Sequence record: SRR20825019_719
Strand: one strand, 5' to 3'
Length of the DNA stretch: 64,000 bases
Both the position numbers and the translations under genes were made by a program. Below the pieces are notes generated by a model, which was given only the letters and a program-made list of their open reading frames with translations, was not told the origin of the DNA and searched no databases. Shown in pieces: positions 30,295 through 41,042 of the stretch; positions within the stretch are counted from its first letter, which is position 1; every line of letters starts with the position of its first letter.

Positions 30295-30319
30295 GCCCCT
30301 ACAAGGGGTTTTTGTTTTT
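30295..30319 (+). terminator. Leader terminator/attenuator upstream of rimP
   Basis: GCCCCT-ACA-AGGGGT followed by TTTTGTTTTT. Confidence 0.6.
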
Positions 30320-30359
30320 CTGGAGATTTGATTCTGTTTCCAGGGGTAAAGAGACAACT

Positions 30360-30806
30360 ATGGCCATTACCGATCAGGTTGAACAATTAATCGAGTCATC
30401 TATCGAGACGCTTGGCTACGAGCTGGTTGGGGTGGAATACATCCAGGGCGGTCCGGATCCAATCCTGAGAGTTTATATTGATGCCGAGCAGGGCATCAGC
30501 ATCGAAGATTGCGAACGAGTCAGTCATCAAGTGAGCGGGATACTCGATGTAGAGGAACCGATACGTTCAGCTTATTTGCTGGAAGTATCCTCGCCCGGTT
30601 TTGACAGACCCTTGTTCAAGGCAAGGGATTTTGAACGTTTCGCCGGTGTGGAAGCAAAAATAAGCATGAAGCTGCCGGTGAATGGCAGACGTAATTTTAG
30701 AGGTGTGCTTCAGGGATTTGAAAACGGTGAAATATTGATTGAAGTGGATGGCGAAGTCTACGCATTGCCACTGGCAAAGTTGGGTAAAGCAAGACTTGTT
30801 GCCTGA
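30360..30806 (+). CDS. rimP: Ribosome maturation factor RimP
   Basis: LRVYID, DCERVS, LEVSSPG.DRPL. Confidence 0.95.
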   Translation: MAITDQVEQLIESSIETLGYELVGVEYIQGGPDPILRVYIDAEQGISIEDCERVSHQVSGILDVEEPIRSAYLLEVSSPGFDRPLFKARDFERFAGVEAKISMKLPVNGRRNFRGVLQGFENGEILIEVDGEVYALPLAKLGKARLVA

Positions 30807-30881
30807 AAAAAGCGTATTATTGTCGGTTAATAATAGAAAACTGGGTTGGATTAGTTTGCTGCGTAATCCACTGGGGGCGTG

Positions 30882-32393
30882 ATGAATAACAAAGAAATTT
30901 TATTGGTGGTCGATGCCATGTCCAACGAAAAGGGCGTAGGCAAGGAAGTCATTTTTCAGGCAATTGAAGCTGCGTTGGCGATGGCGACCCGCAAACGTTA
31001 TGACATGGCACTGGATGCGGCTGTCAAAATTGATCGCGTCACCGGTAACTACGAGACTTTCCGCCAGTGGTTAATCGTCGAAGACGAAGAAGAGCTGGAA
31101 TCTGAAGAAACTCAGATCAAGCTGGAAGATGCCAGAAAAAAAGAGCCGGAAGCCGAGGTGGGTGGTTATATTCAGGAACCGATGGAGTCCGTTGAATTCG
31201 GTCGTATCGCCGCGCAAACTGCCAAGCAGGTCATCGTACAGAAAGTCCGTGAAGCCGAGCGCGCCCAGGTGGTTGAACAATATCGCGAAAAAGTCGGGCA
31301 GATGATTCACGGCACCGTCAAACGTGTCGACCGAGGTAATGTCACGCTGGATCTGGGTGGCAACGCCGAAGCGTTCCTGCCGCGGGAAGAAATGATCCCA
31401 CGTGAAACCTTCCGGGCCGGGGATCGTATTCGAGGCTATCTTAAAGAAATCCGGCCTGAAGGCCGTGGTCCGCAGCTGATTGTCAGCCGCGTTGCACCTG
31501 AGCTGCTGATTGAACTGTTTACTCTGGAAGTACCTGAAATCAGTGACGGCATGATTGAAATCAAGGGTGCAGCCCGTGATCCCGGTCTGCGTGCCAAAAT
31601 CGCTGTGGAAGCCATGGAGTCACGTATTGATCCGGTCGGTGCCTGCGTCGGTATGCGTGGTTCACGGGTTCAGGCCGTGACTAATGAACTGGCCGGTGAA
31701 CGCGTTGATATCATTCTCTGGGATGAAGACCCGGCTCGTTTCGCCATCAATGCCATGGCACCGGCGGAAGTACTGTCTATTGTCGTTGATGAAGACACGC
31801 ACAGCATGGATATCGCCGTAGAAGATGGACAACTGTCCCAGGCTATTGGCCGCAGTGGTCAGAATGTCAGACTCGCCAGTCAACTTACCGGTTGGGAACT
31901 GAATGTGATGTCTGCCTCAGAGGCTGACCAGAAAGCAGAAAGTGAAATCGGTGAATTGATTAAAGCCTTTATGATCGATCTGGATGTCGACGAGGATGTG
32001 GCTTTGATCCTGGCACAGGAAGGCTTTTCCTCTCTCGAAGAGGTTGCCTATGTACCTGAGCAGGAAATGCTCGACATTGATGAGTTTGACGAGGATATCG
32101 TGGCTGAACTGCGCTCGAGAGCACGTGATGTTCTCTTGACCCGAGCGATTGCCAGTGAAGAACAACTGGAATCTGCAGGGCCGAGCCAGGAGCTGCAGGA
32201 TATGGAAGGTATGACACGTGAACTGGTGCTGAAACTGGCCGGTAACAAAGTAACCACACTGGACGATTTGGCAGAGCTGGCGGTTGATGAACTGGTCGAA
32301 ATCGGTGGTATGAACGAAGAGCAAGCTGCAGCATTGATCATGAAAGCCAGAGAGTCATGGTTTGCAGACGAAAATACAGATGCAGGGGAGTAA
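30882..32393 (+). CDS. nusA: Transcription factor NusA
   Basis: [26 protein letters not shown], acidic C-terminal repeats. Confidence 0.97.
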   Translation: MNNKEILLVVDAMSNEKGVGKEVIFQAIEAALAMATRKRYDMALDAAVKIDRVTGNYETFRQWLIVEDEEELESEETQIKLEDARKKEPEAEVGGYIQEPMESVEFGRIAAQTAKQVIVQKVREAERAQVVEQYREKVGQMIHGTVKRVDRGNVTLDLGGNAEAFLPREEMIPRETFRAGDRIRGYLKEIRPEGRGPQLIVSRVAPELLIELFTLEVPEISDGMIEIKGAARDPGLRAKIAVEAMESRIDPVGACVGMRGSRVQAVTNELAGERVDIILWDEDPARFAINAMAPAEVLSIVVDEDTHSMDIAVEDGQLSQAIGRSGQNVRLASQLTGWELNVMSASEADQKAESEIGELIKAFMIDLDVDEDVALILAQEGFSSLEEVAYVPEQEMLDIDEFDEDIVAELRSRARDVLLTRAIASEEQLESAGPSQELQDMEGMTRELVLKLAGNKVTTLDDLAELAVDELVEIGGMNEEQAAALIMKARESWFADENTDAGE

Positions 32394-32396
32394 CCA

Positions 32397-35174
32397 ATGA
32401 GTGACATGAGGGTTAAGGACCTGGCTGGCACAGTCGGAATCACAGCTGAGCGATTGGTAGAGCAGCTGAATGAAGCGGGGATTAACGTCTCAAAGCCTGA
32501 TGATCTGATTACTGAAGAGCAAAAACAAAACTTGCTCAAGTTTCTGCAGCAACGCCATGGCAAAGCGGAAGACAGCGATGCCTCATCGCCGAGAAAGATT
32601 ACACTGAAGCGTAAATCAGTCAGCGAAATCAAGCTGGGTGGCGCAGCTCGCGGTGGCAAGAGTGTCAGCGTTGAAGTCAGAAAGAAGCGTACTTACGTTA
32701 AACGCAGTGACGCAGAGCCTAGTGCTGAAGCGGAAGACCTGTTGAAGCAGAAAGCGGGTGAAGAACACGCCGCTGAAGTAGCAAAGCAGGAAGAACAGCG
32801 CCTGCTGGAAACGAAGCGTAAACAGGAAGAAGCTGCCCGCCTGAAACAACAGCTGGATGAACAGGAAGCGGCAGAAGTCGCTGCTGCTATCGAGGCCGAA
32901 AACATGGCCAACGAAGAAGCCCAGCGCGCAGCGGAAGAAGAACAAAAAGCATTGGAAGCCGAAGCGAAAGCTAAAAAGCCGGCAACCAAAGGTAAGAAGA
33001 AAGAAGAAGAGCTGACTGCATCACAACTGGCGCACAAAAAACTGGAAGAAGCTGACGCCAGACGTCGCGCTGCCAACCTGGCCCGTATTGATGCTGAAAA
33101 AGCGCTGGAAGCCAAGCGTAAAGCACGCGAGGAAGAAGAAGCGCTGGAAAAAGCCAGAGAAGAGGCTAAAGCGGCAGCTGCAGAAGTACAGGCTAAAGAG
33201 CAGAAAGCCGCAGCCCGCAAAACCAAAGATGCCGAAGCCAAGCATCAGAAGGAAAAGTCTGGCCGTCGTGGTGGTCGTCGCGATGACGATGATTTCGAGC
33301 GTAAAGAACTTCACGTCAGTGAAGGTAAAGGCGGTCGACGTAAGAAGAAAAAAGGGGCGTCTGGCGGTCGGGTTTCAGTCAGAGATCAGGAGCATGGTTT
33401 CTCGAAGCCAACTGCACCGGTAGTCCGTGAGGTGAATGTACCTGAAACGATTAACGTTTCAGAGCTGGCTCAACGTATGTCAGTCAAGGCTGCAGAAGTC
33501 ATCAAGGCCCTGATGGGAATGGGCACGATGGCGACCATCAACCAGGTTCTGGATCAGGATACGGCAGTTATCGTCGTTGAAGAGATGGGACATGTGGCCA
33601 AGCCGATCCGCGAAAACGTGGTGGAAGAAGCGCTGCAGGTTTCTGATGAAGAGTTGGGTGAATCGGTCACCCGCGCACCGGTTGTGACCGTCATGGGCCA
33701 CGTTGACCACGGTAAGACCTCATTGCTCGACTATATTCGTCGCACCAAGGTTACATCGGGCGAAGCCGGCGGTATCACGCAGCACATCGGTGCATACCGT
33801 GTTGAAACCAGCCGCGGTGAAATCGCCTTCCTGGATACGCCGGGCCACGCGGCCTTTACCGAAATGCGTTCACGTGGTGCCAAAGTCACGGATATCGTCA
33901 TTCTGGTGGTCGCTGCTGATGACGGTGTCATGCCGCAGACGATTGAAGCGGTTCAGCATGCCAAGGCGGCTGAGTCGGTGGTGATTGTGGCTGTCAATAA
34001 AATGGATAAGCCGGAAGCCAACCCGGATCGCGTTAAACAGGAACTGGCTAATCATGAAGTCATTCCTGAAGACTGGGGCGGTGATGTACAGTTTGTACCG
34101 GTTTCTGCCCTGACCGGTGAAGGCGTCGAGGATCTGCTGGAAGCCATTTCACTGCAGGCTGAAATTATGGAGCTTAAAGCGCCGGAAACCGGTCCTGCTC
34201 ACGGTACTGTGATCGAGGCGCGCCTGGATAAAGGGCGTGGTACTGTTGTCACGGTATTGGTACAGAAAGGTACCTTGAACAAAGGCGATATCGTCGTCGT
34301 CGGCCAGGAATACGGTCGTGTACGGGCGATGTTTAATGAAAAAGGCGAACAGGTCGACAAGGCGGGTCCTTCGACGCCGGTTGAATTACTGGGTCTCTCC
34401 GGTACGCCAGCAGCGGGTGATGAACTCCAGGCTGCGCCGGATGATAAAACCGCCCGTGAAATTGCGGACTTCCGTCACACCAAGGCCCGTGAACAGAAAA
34501 TGGCGCAGCAACAGGCAGCCAAACTCGACGACATGTTCAACAAGATGGAAGAGGGCGATGTTAAAACCCTTAATGTCGTCATCAAAGGGGATGTTCACGG
34601 TTCAGTGGAAGCGGTCAGCCAAGGGTTGCAAAAACTGTCCACCGATAAAGTGAAAGTCCGTGTTGTCGGCTCCGGTGTCGGCGGTATCAACGAAACTGAT
34701 GCCCAGCTTGCTGCTGCTTCTGATGCGATCCTGATTGGCTTTAACGTACGTGCTGATAATGCGGCCCGTAAAGTGATTGCCGAGAAAGGTCTGGATGTGC
34801 AGTACTTCAGTATCATCTATGACTTGCTGGATGTCGTGACCAAGGCAATGACCGGTATGCTGGAACCTGTGTTCCGTGACGAGATCATCGGTCTGGCGCG
34901 TGTAGATGATGTGTTCAGTTCACCGAAATTCGGTGATATTGCCGGCTGTCTGGTACTGGAAGGTACGGTCAAGCGTAATAATCCGATTCGGGTACTGCGT
35001 GACAACGTGGTGATCTATGAAGGCGAGCTGGAATCTCTGCGTCGCTTCAAGGATGACGTTAACGAGGTCAATGCCGGTGTTGAATGTGGTATCGGTGTTA
35101 AGAACTACAAAGATGTTAAACCGGGCGACCAGATCGAAGTATTCGAGCGGGTTGAGGTGAAACCAACACTCTAA
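32397..35174 (+). CDS. infB: Translation initiation factor IF-2
   Basis: [21 protein letters not shown]. Confidence 0.98.
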   Translation: MSDMRVKDLAGTVGITAERLVEQLNEAGINVSKPDDLITEEQKQNLLKFLQQRHGKAEDSDASSPRKITLKRKSVSEIKLGGAARGGKSVSVEVRKKRTYVKRSDAEPSAEAEDLLKQKAGEEHAAEVAKQEEQRLLETKRKQEEAARLKQQLDEQEAAEVAAAIEAENMANEEAQRAAEEEQKALEAEAKAKKPATKGKKKEEELTASQLAHKKLEEADARRRAANLARIDAEKALEAKRKAREEEEALEKAREEAKAAAAEVQAKEQKAAARKTKDAEAKHQKEKSGRRGGRRDDDDFERKELHVSEGKGGRRKKKKGASGGRVSVRDQEHGFSKPTAPVVREVNVPETINVSELAQRMSVKAAEVIKALMGMGTMATINQVLDQDTAVIVVEEMGHVAKPIRENVVEEALQVSDEELGESVTRAPVVTVMGHVDHGKTSLLDYIRRTKVTSGEAGGITQHIGAYRVETSRGEIAFLDTPGHAAFTEMRSRGAKVTDIVILVVAADDGVMPQTIEAVQHAKAAESVVIVAVNKMDKPEANPDRVKQELANHEVIPEDWGGDVQFVPVSALTGEGVEDLLEAISLQAEIMELKAPETGPAHGTVIEARLDKGRGTVVTVLVQKGTLNKGDIVVVGQEYGRVRAMFNEKGEQVDKAGPSTPVELLGLSGTPAAGDELQAAPDDKTAREIADFRHTKAREQKMAQQQAAKLDDMFNKMEEGDVKTLNVVIKGDVHGSVEAVSQGLQKLSTDKVKVRVVGSGVGGINETDAQLAAASDAILIGFNVRADNAARKVIAEKGLDVQYFSIIYDLLDVVTKAMTGMLEPVFRDEIIGLARVDDVFSSPKFGDIAGCLVLEGTVKRNNPIRVLRDNVVIYEGELESLRRFKDDVNEVNAGVECGIGVKNYKDVKPGDQIEVFERVEVKPTL

Positions 35175-35551
35175 TGGCAAGAGAATACAGTCGCACAAAC
35201 CGTTTCGGTGAAGTAATCATGCGGGAACTCGCGCTGATGATTCAGCGTGAGATCTCGGATCCACGGGTCGGTATGGTCACGGTTTCACATGTTGATGTCA
35301 CTGCTGATCTTAAGTATGCCAAGGTTTACGTGACACGGTTTAATGGTTTTGAGTCCGAACAGGATGCCGCAGAATGTATCAAAGGACTCAACAGCGCTGC
35401 CGGTTACCTGCGTCGGGGTCTTGCCGGCCGGGTTAAGCTGCGTAACATTCCCGAACTCCAGTTTGTTTACGATAAAAGCCTCGAGCATGGCTTTAAGATG
35501 GATGATCTGATTGCCAGGGCGAATGCGTCCAACCGTCAGGAAGACGACTGA
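35174..35551 (+). CDS. rbfA: Ribosome-binding factor A
   Basis: DPR, DLKYAKVY, PELQFVYD; follows infB. Confidence 0.95.
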   Translation: MAREYSRTNRFGEVIMRELALMIQREISDPRVGMVTVSHVDVTADLKYAKVYVTRFNGFESEQDAAECIKGLNSAAGYLRRGLAGRVKLRNIPELQFVYDKSLEHGFKMDDLIARANASNRQEDD

Positions 35552-35565
35552 TTAACTGAATTAGA

Positions 35566-36489
35566 ATGGCAAGACGTAATAAAAAAGGGCGTGACATCAC
35601 AGGTATTGTGGTCGTCGATAAGCCCAGCGGTCACAGCTCTAACCATGTTCTGCAACAGGTTAAACGCCTGTTTGATGCTAAAAAAGCAGGACATACCGGC
35701 AGCCTTGATCCCCTGGCGAGCGGTGTTTTGCCTATCTGTCTGGGAGAAGCGACCAAGTTATCCGGGTATTTGCTTGAAGCCGACAAGGAATATGCCGTTA
35801 CCTGCAAACTGGGTGTGACTACAGACAGTGGTGATGCTGATGGTGCAGTCGTTGAAGAACAAGCTGTTCCCGAGTTTGACGAAACGCAGCTGAAACAGAT
35901 CCTGGAAGATTTTATTGGTCAGCAGGATCAGGTGCCACCGATGTTTTCTGCCCTCAAGCATCAGGGGCAGCCCTTGTACAAGTTGGCACGGCAGGGTAAG
36001 GAAGTCGAGCGGAAAGCGCGACGTATAGAAATCTACGCTATTGAATTGCTGGACTGTAACCAGGATAGTTTTACACTGTCAGTCCGTTGCAGCAAAGGCA
36101 CCTATATCCGTACTCTGGTTGAAGATATCAGTCATAAACTGGGAACCGGCGGACACGTTACCATGCTGCGCCGAACCCGGGTTGCGGGCTACGCGCTTAG
36201 TGATGCCGTCAGTCTTGAGCAATTGTCTGAAAGCCGAGAAAGAGGTGAACTGGCTGCCCTTGATGAACAGCTGGAAGCCGCAGAGGATGCCTTGCCCGAC
36301 TGGCCGGTGATTAATCTGGACGAAGCCGCCAGCAAAACACTGAGCTTTGGTCAGGCGATTCAGGTTGAGCAGGACTATGAATGCGCAAATGTTCGTCTGT
36401 TTGACCAGAACGAAAAATTTATGGGCTTGGGTGAGATGTCGCCAGATGGTGTAGTCAAGCCAAAACGTTTATTTGTCGCTGCGGTTTGA
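35566..36489 (+). CDS. truB: tRNA pseudouridine(55) synthase
   Basis: KAGHTGSLDPLASG, CSKGTYIRTL. Confidence 0.96.
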   Translation: MARRNKKGRDITGIVVVDKPSGHSSNHVLQQVKRLFDAKKAGHTGSLDPLASGVLPICLGEATKLSGYLLEADKEYAVTCKLGVTTDSGDADGAVVEEQAVPEFDETQLKQILEDFIGQQDQVPPMFSALKHQGQPLYKLARQGKEVERKARRIEIYAIELLDCNQDSFTLSVRCSKGTYIRTLVEDISHKLGTGGHVTMLRRTRVAGYALSDAVSLEQLSESRERGELAALDEQLEAAEDALPDWPVINLDEAASKTLSFGQAIQVEQDYECANVRLFDQNEKFMGLGEMSPDGVVKPKRLFVAAV

Positions 36490-36500
36490 TGACGTTCTCC

Positions 36501-36529
36501 TTGTTTAGCAACGAGAATGTCGGTAAAAT
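36501..36529 (+). promoter_or_regulatory. Putative rpsO promoter
   Basis: TTGTTT-17 bp-TAAAAT. Confidence 0.55.
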
Positions 36530-36542
36530 TCGCAGCTCTTGA

Positions 36543-36640
36543 AGGGTTGGCTGTTCCGGTTGAGATCGGCTGGAACAGTTCAGAATTTAACTGCTAGCCA
36601 AAAGGCTGCAAAAAAGTTGGAGTATTCAATGTCAATTTCT
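36543..36640 (+). promoter_or_regulatory. Ribosomal protein S15 autoregulatory leader
   Basis: Stem GGCTGTTCC/GGAACAGTT; loop TTGAGAT partly complementary to start region ATGTCAA, as in the E. coli rpsO pseudoknot. Confidence 0.6.
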
Positions 36641-36898
36641 GCACAGCAAAAGAAAGAAATTATCAGCAAACACGCACGTTCTGAAGGTGATACGGGTTCT
36701 GCGGAAGTCCAGGTTGCCCTGTTGACTGCCCGCATCAACAATCTGTCAGATCATTTCAAAATCAATGCTCACGATCACCATTCACGTCAGGGTCTGCTTA
36801 AAATGGTCAGCAGCCGTCGTAAGATGCTTGATTACCTGAGAAAAACCGATATCGAGCGTTACCGTGCCCTGATTGCTGAATTAGGCCTGCGTCGCTAA
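36629..36898 (+). CDS. rpsO: 30S ribosomal protein S15
   Basis: [23 protein letters not shown]. Confidence 0.97.
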   Translation: MSISAQQKKEIISKHARSEGDTGSAEVQVALLTARINNLSDHFKINAHDHHSRQGLLKMVSSRRKMLDYLRKTDIERYRALIAELGLRR

Positions 36899-36969
36899 GT
36901 TGAAGTTAGTGACCGATTATATGCAACGACCCACGTCCGACATTAATAGGCCGGGGTTGATGATATAAG

Positions 36970-37006
36970 ATATGCCCCTGAAGCTGTTGCAGTTTCAGGG
37001 GCATAT
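36970..37006 (+). terminator. 17-bp hairpin between rpsO and pnp (terminator or processing stem)
   Basis: ATATGCCCCTGAAGCTG-TTG-CAGTTTCAGGGGCATAT. Confidence 0.6.
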
Positions 37007-37085
37007 TCGTTTATACAGTTTGTCGTTTTTAATCAGTGCCGGAACAGGTTCGGGGCTGAAAATGAAGAAAGATAAGGAAAGAAGA

Positions 37086-39179
37086 GTGAACTCAGTAAAG
37101 AAGACAGTTCAGTTCGGTGAACACCAGCTTAGTCTGGAAACCGGAAAAATTGCCCGTCAGGCAGGCGGCGCCGTTATTGCCAGCCTAGGCGAAACCTCGG
37201 TACTGGTTACTGTGGTCGGTAAAAAAGAGGTTTCTCCCGGCCAGGATTTTTTTCCTTTAACCGTTAACTATCAGGAACGGACCTATGCTGCCGGTAAAAT
37301 CCCGGGTGGCTTTTTCAAACGTGAAGGTCGTCCGAGCGAAAAAGAAACGCTCACTTCCCGTTTGATTGATCGTCCGCTTCGCCCGCTGTTTCCAAAAGGT
37401 TTCCTTAATGAAGTTCAGGTTATCGCGACTGTGGTAGCACTGGACCCGGCAATCGATCCTGATATTCCTGCCATGATTGGCGCTTCTGCTGCACTGGCTA
37501 TTTCGGGTATTCCATTCAACGGCCCGCTGGGTGCTGCCCGTGTTGGTTATGTAGATGGTCAGTATGTATTGAATCCAGCCAAAGCACAGTTGGATGAGAG
37601 CGCACTGGATCTCGTTGTCGCTGGTACCGAAAGTGCGGTGCTGATGGTGGAATCAGAAGCTTCTGAGCTGCCTGAAGAAGTCATGCTGGGTTCAGTCATG
37701 TTCGGTCACCAACAAATGCAGACCGCAATCAACCTGGTTAAAGAACTACAGGCTGAAGCCGGTAAACCGGCCTGGGACTGGACTGCACCAGAGAAAGACG
37801 AAACGCTTTACAACACCGTTAAAGCAGAAGCATACGAAGGCATTAAAGATGCCTATACGATCAGTGACAAACTGGCACGTCAGGATCAATTGAGTAACGT
37901 ACGCAGTGCGGCTGTTGAAGCGCTGGTGACTGAAGAGTCAGCGTTGACTGAAGAACAGGTCAAGAATGTTTTCTCCAAACTGGAGAAAGAACTGGTTCGT
38001 GGCAGAATCATTGACGGGGAACCTCGTATTGATGGTCGTGATACCAGCAGTGTTCGTCCAATCTTTGTCGAAACCACTTTACTGCCGCGTGTGCATGGTT
38101 CGGCTCTGTTTACCCGTGGTGAAACGCAGGCAATTGTGGTCGCCACTTTGGGTGCTGAACGTGATGCGCAGATGATTGATGCGGTAGAAGGTGAATACCG
38201 TGACCGTTTCATGCTGCACTACAACTTCCCGCCATACTGTGTTGGCGAAACCGGTTTTGTTGGTTCACCGAAACGTCGTGAAATCGGCCACGGTAAACTG
38301 GCCAAGCGGGGGATCGCTGCGGTCATGCCTACGGCTGAAGAATTTCCTTATGTTGTCCGCGTGGTTTCTGAAATCACCGAGTCAAACGGCTCAAGCTCAA
38401 TGGCTTCTGTCTGTGGCACCAGTCTGGCATTGATGGACGCCGGTGTGCCAATTAAGGCCCCGGTTGCCGGTATTGCCATGGGTCTGATTAAGGAAACAGA
38501 TGGTTATGCGGTACTGACCGACATTCTGGGTGATGAAGATCACCTGGGTGATATGGACTTTAAAGTGGCGGGTACCGAAAAAGGTGTCACTGCCCTGCAG
38601 ATGGATATCAAGATTGAAGGTATCAACGAAGAAATCATGCGTACGGCACTGGCCCAGGCGCGTGATGGCCGTTTGCATATTCTTGATAAGATGAACGCTG
38701 TAATTTCCACTCACCGTACCGAGATGTCAAAATTCGCACCGCGTATCATCACGGTTAAGATCAATGCGGATAAAATCCGTGACGTTATCGGTAAAGGTGG
38801 TGCCACCATTCGCGCCATTACAGAAGAAACGGGTGCTACCATCGACATTCAGGACGATGGCACCGTCATGATTTTCTCTGCAGATTATGATGCTGGTCAG
38901 GCTGCCCTGCGTCGTGTTGAGGATATCACTGCAGAAGTCGAAGTTGGCAAAATCTACGAAGGCCGTGTTGCCAAATTGATGGACTTCGGTGCTTTCGTCA
39001 CTATCCTGCCGGGTAAAGACGGATTGGTGCATATCTCACAGATATCTGATGAGCGGGTTGAGAATGTCGGTGATAAGCTGTCTGAAGGCGATATGATCAA
39101 AGTCAAAGTGCTGGAAGTGGATCGTCAGGGACGTATCCGTCTCAGCATGAAAGCGGTTAACGAAACTGCTGAAGACTGA
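37086..39179 (+). CDS. pnp: Polynucleotide phosphorylase
   Basis: [29 protein letters not shown] and S1 domains; GTG start. Confidence 0.97.
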   Translation: MNSVKKTVQFGEHQLSLETGKIARQAGGAVIASLGETSVLVTVVGKKEVSPGQDFFPLTVNYQERTYAAGKIPGGFFKREGRPSEKETLTSRLIDRPLRPLFPKGFLNEVQVIATVVALDPAIDPDIPAMIGASAALAISGIPFNGPLGAARVGYVDGQYVLNPAKAQLDESALDLVVAGTESAVLMVESEASELPEEVMLGSVMFGHQQMQTAINLVKELQAEAGKPAWDWTAPEKDETLYNTVKAEAYEGIKDAYTISDKLARQDQLSNVRSAAVEALVTEESALTEEQVKNVFSKLEKELVRGRIIDGEPRIDGRDTSSVRPIFVETTLLPRVHGSALFTRGETQAIVVATLGAERDAQMIDAVEGEYRDRFMLHYNFPPYCVGETGFVGSPKRREIGHGKLAKRGIAAVMPTAEEFPYVVRVVSEITESNGSSSMASVCGTSLALMDAGVPIKAPVAGIAMGLIKETDGYAVLTDILGDEDHLGDMDFKVAGTEKGVTALQMDIKIEGINEEIMRTALAQARDGRLHILDKMNAVISTHRTEMSKFAPRIITVKINADKIRDVIGKGGATIRAITEETGATIDIQDDGTVMIFSADYDAGQAALRRVEDITAEVEVGKIYEGRVAKLMDFGAFVTILPGKDGLVHISQISDERVENVGDKLSEGDMIKVKVLEVDRQGRIRLSMKAVNETAED

Positions 39180-39204
39180 TTGATTTCCTGAACAGTTCAA
39201 TCAG

Positions 39205-39238
39205 AAAAGCCCCGGCTGTCCAGCCGGGGCTTTTTTTT
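39205..39238 (+). terminator. pnp terminator
   Basis: AAAAGCCCCGGCTG-TC-CAGCCGGGGCTTTTTTTT. Confidence 0.9.
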
Positions 39239-39304
39239 GCCTTGAATTCAGAGCGAGAGCGGCGCTTTTCATAAGCTCTGAGCTTAACTAATTTTATGTA
39301 TAAA

Positions 39305-39320
39305 CGTGATGTGCATCACA
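39305..39320. promoter_or_regulatory. CRP-family binding-site-like element
   Basis: CGTGA-N6-TCACA flanked by A-tracts (one mismatch to TGTGA-N6-TCACA). Confidence 0.5.
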
Positions 39321-39436
39321 AAACAGAAAAACAATTAGTAAATCACTAAACTTTTCGTTATTATCGCCAATAAGGGCATCGAATATATCGAATATTCGTA
39401 TTAATGGATTAATTAAACCTTGTAGAGGGTGGAGAG

Positions 39437-40858
39437 ATGCAAAAAACGAAATTAGCGCAAATTATAACAATAGGCTTGGTTTTATCCCTATCGGTAGGTT
39501 GTAGCGGCAGCAGCAGTAAATCAGTCAAAAGTTCCGGCGGCGGCGATATGGTCGATGGTGGCGGTGGTGGTGACACAGGTGGTGGTGATGGTGCCGCAAC
39601 CACAGGGGTAGAAACTCTGGTTGATGATAGTGGTGGCATTGTTGACGGCGTGGGAGAAACAGTAACGGCACTGGGCAGTACTGTAAGTCAGATAGACTTA
39701 CTGGGAACAGGTGAAGTGACCAGTGGTACCGGTGAAATTCTCAGTAACACTGGTGAGGCAGTGAGCAGCATTGGAGATGGCCTGAGTGATGGTCTTGGCT
39801 CCTTAAGTGAGAATGACAATGCCATTGGTACTACATTGGCAGGCGTATCCGGTGCGGTCTCAGAAACTGGTGAGGCCGTTTCCTCTGCCGGAAATACGGT
39901 AGAAAGCCTGAACACATTACCGGTTTTTGCCCAAATTGATGAATCTACAGGCTTGCTGACAGCACTCGGTGGCACCGTAGATTCATTGGGCGGGGTAGTC
40001 ACCGAAACAGGTGACACGCTGACTGTTGCCTTTATCCAGGAAGATGGTCATTTAAGCGGACTTACAACTGAGCTAACGGCCGTTGTAAGACCGCTGGTAA
40101 CCAACATCGGTGGCACGACACAAGTGGTCGGTGAGGCTCTGGTTGTCGGGCCTGTTGCTAATAATATATTGACCGAAGTCGGCACAGCCGTTGTCGTTCT
40201 GGGTAACGATCTTAAAGATGAAAATAATGCGGTCTTAGCTGGCGTCGGTGGAACAGTTGAAGGCGTTGGTCAACTTGTAATCCACACTGGTGGCATTTTA
40301 TCGGTGAGTGACAGCGGCGAAGGCGAACTATTTGATCTGGCAGGATTGTTGGATACCAGTGGAGTACCGGTGCTTGGCTCGGGTGATGGGGAGCCACTCG
40401 GAGGTACTGACGGTGTTGTTGGTACAGTCACTGGTACCGTTGATGGTCTGACCGGAGGTGAAGGCGGCCTGCTTGGTGGCACTGATGGTGTCGTTGGTAC
40501 GGTCACAGATACAGTTGATGGTCTGACCGGAGGAGAAGGCGGTCTGCTTGGTGGCACAGACGGTGTGGTTGGTACAGTGACTGATACCGTTGATGGCCTT
40601 ACAGGTGGTGATGACTTACTCGGTGGTGTGACAGGCACAGTTGATGGCCTAACTGGCGGTGATGATCTGCTGGGTGGCGTCACCGGTACGGTCGAGGGTT
40701 TAACAGGCGGCGATGACTTACTGGGCGGTGTGACAGATACGGTCGATGGTGTCTCTGGTGGACTGCTTGATACTGGTAGCGGGGATGGCAGTGATGGTGG
40801 ACTTGTCGATCAGGTCGATGATGCACTGCTTGATCCGGTGCTGGGGGGCATTCTTTAA
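39437..40858 (+). CDS. Gly/Thr/Val/Asp-rich repeat lipoprotein (candidate passenger or partner of adjacent TpsB)
   Basis: RBS, signal peptide with lipobox LSVGC, Gly linker, heptad Gly region, C-terminal tandem repeats. Confidence 0.8.
   Translation: MQKTKLAQIITIGLVLSLSVGCSGSSSKSVKSSGGGDMVDGGGGGDTGGGDGAATTGVETLVDDSGGIVDGVGETVTALGSTVSQIDLLGTGEVTSGTGEILSNTGEAVSSIGDGLSDGLGSLSENDNAIGTTLAGVSGAVSETGEAVSSAGNTVESLNTLPVFAQIDESTGLLTALGGTVDSLGGVVTETGDTLTVAFIQEDGHLSGLTTELTAVVRPLVTNIGGTTQVVGEALVVGPVANNILTEVGTAVVVLGNDLKDENNAVLAGVGGTVEGVGQLVIHTGGILSVSDSGEGELFDLAGLLDTSGVPVLGSGDGEPLGGTDGVVGTVTGTVDGLTGGEGGLLGGTDGVVGTVTDTVDGLTGGEGGLLGGTDGVVGTVTDTVDGLTGGDDLLGGVTGTVDGLTGGDDLLGGVTGTVEGLTGGDDLLGGVTDTVDGVSGGLLDTGSGDGSDGGLVDQVDDALLDPVLGGIL
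40394..40762 (+). repeat. Coding tandem repeats: three 72-75 bp units then three 45-51 bp units
   Basis: LLGGTDGVVGTVTDTVDGLTGGEGG-type units at 40394/40469/40544; LLGGVTGTVDGLTGGDD-type units at 40616/40667/40718. Confidence 0.92.
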
Positions 40859-40966
40859 TTATTCACAAGTGAAACTTGAAGTTTGGACTTAACAGCTGAT
40901 CTCGCCGCTTTCTTGCTCAGAGTAAGGATGTCAGCAGCGCAGTGTGTTGTGCTCCATATCGCTATT

Positions 40967-41004
40967 AGGTGTGGCAATGGTCCCTGTTGCCACACCTTTT
41001 TTTT
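40967..41004 (+). terminator. Intrinsic terminator between repeat lipoprotein and TpsB gene
   Basis: AGGTGTGGCAA-9 nt-TTGCCACACCT followed by T-run. Confidence 0.85.
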
Positions 41005-41042
41005 GCTTAGATATTGTTTATGTTTCATGGAAGACCAGGTTA

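Noticed and set aside
30186-30359. N-terminal extensions in the ORF track (rimP here; likewise rpsO, pnp, tpsB, prfC, ccoN)
   Set aside because: Most run through leader hairpins or terminators, and downstream starts give family-typical N-termini
32048-33241. Long antisense ORFs over nusA and infB
   Set aside because: Shadow frames of biased coding sequence with low-complexity Ser/Ala translations
39536-39592. GGT/GGC-rich stretch as a collagen triple helix
   Set aside because: Short poly-Gly linker with no sustained Gly-X-Y and no Pro
40394-40762. Tandem repeats as a CRISPR array
   Set aside because: In-frame coding repeats with synonymous variation, no unique spacers and no cas genes
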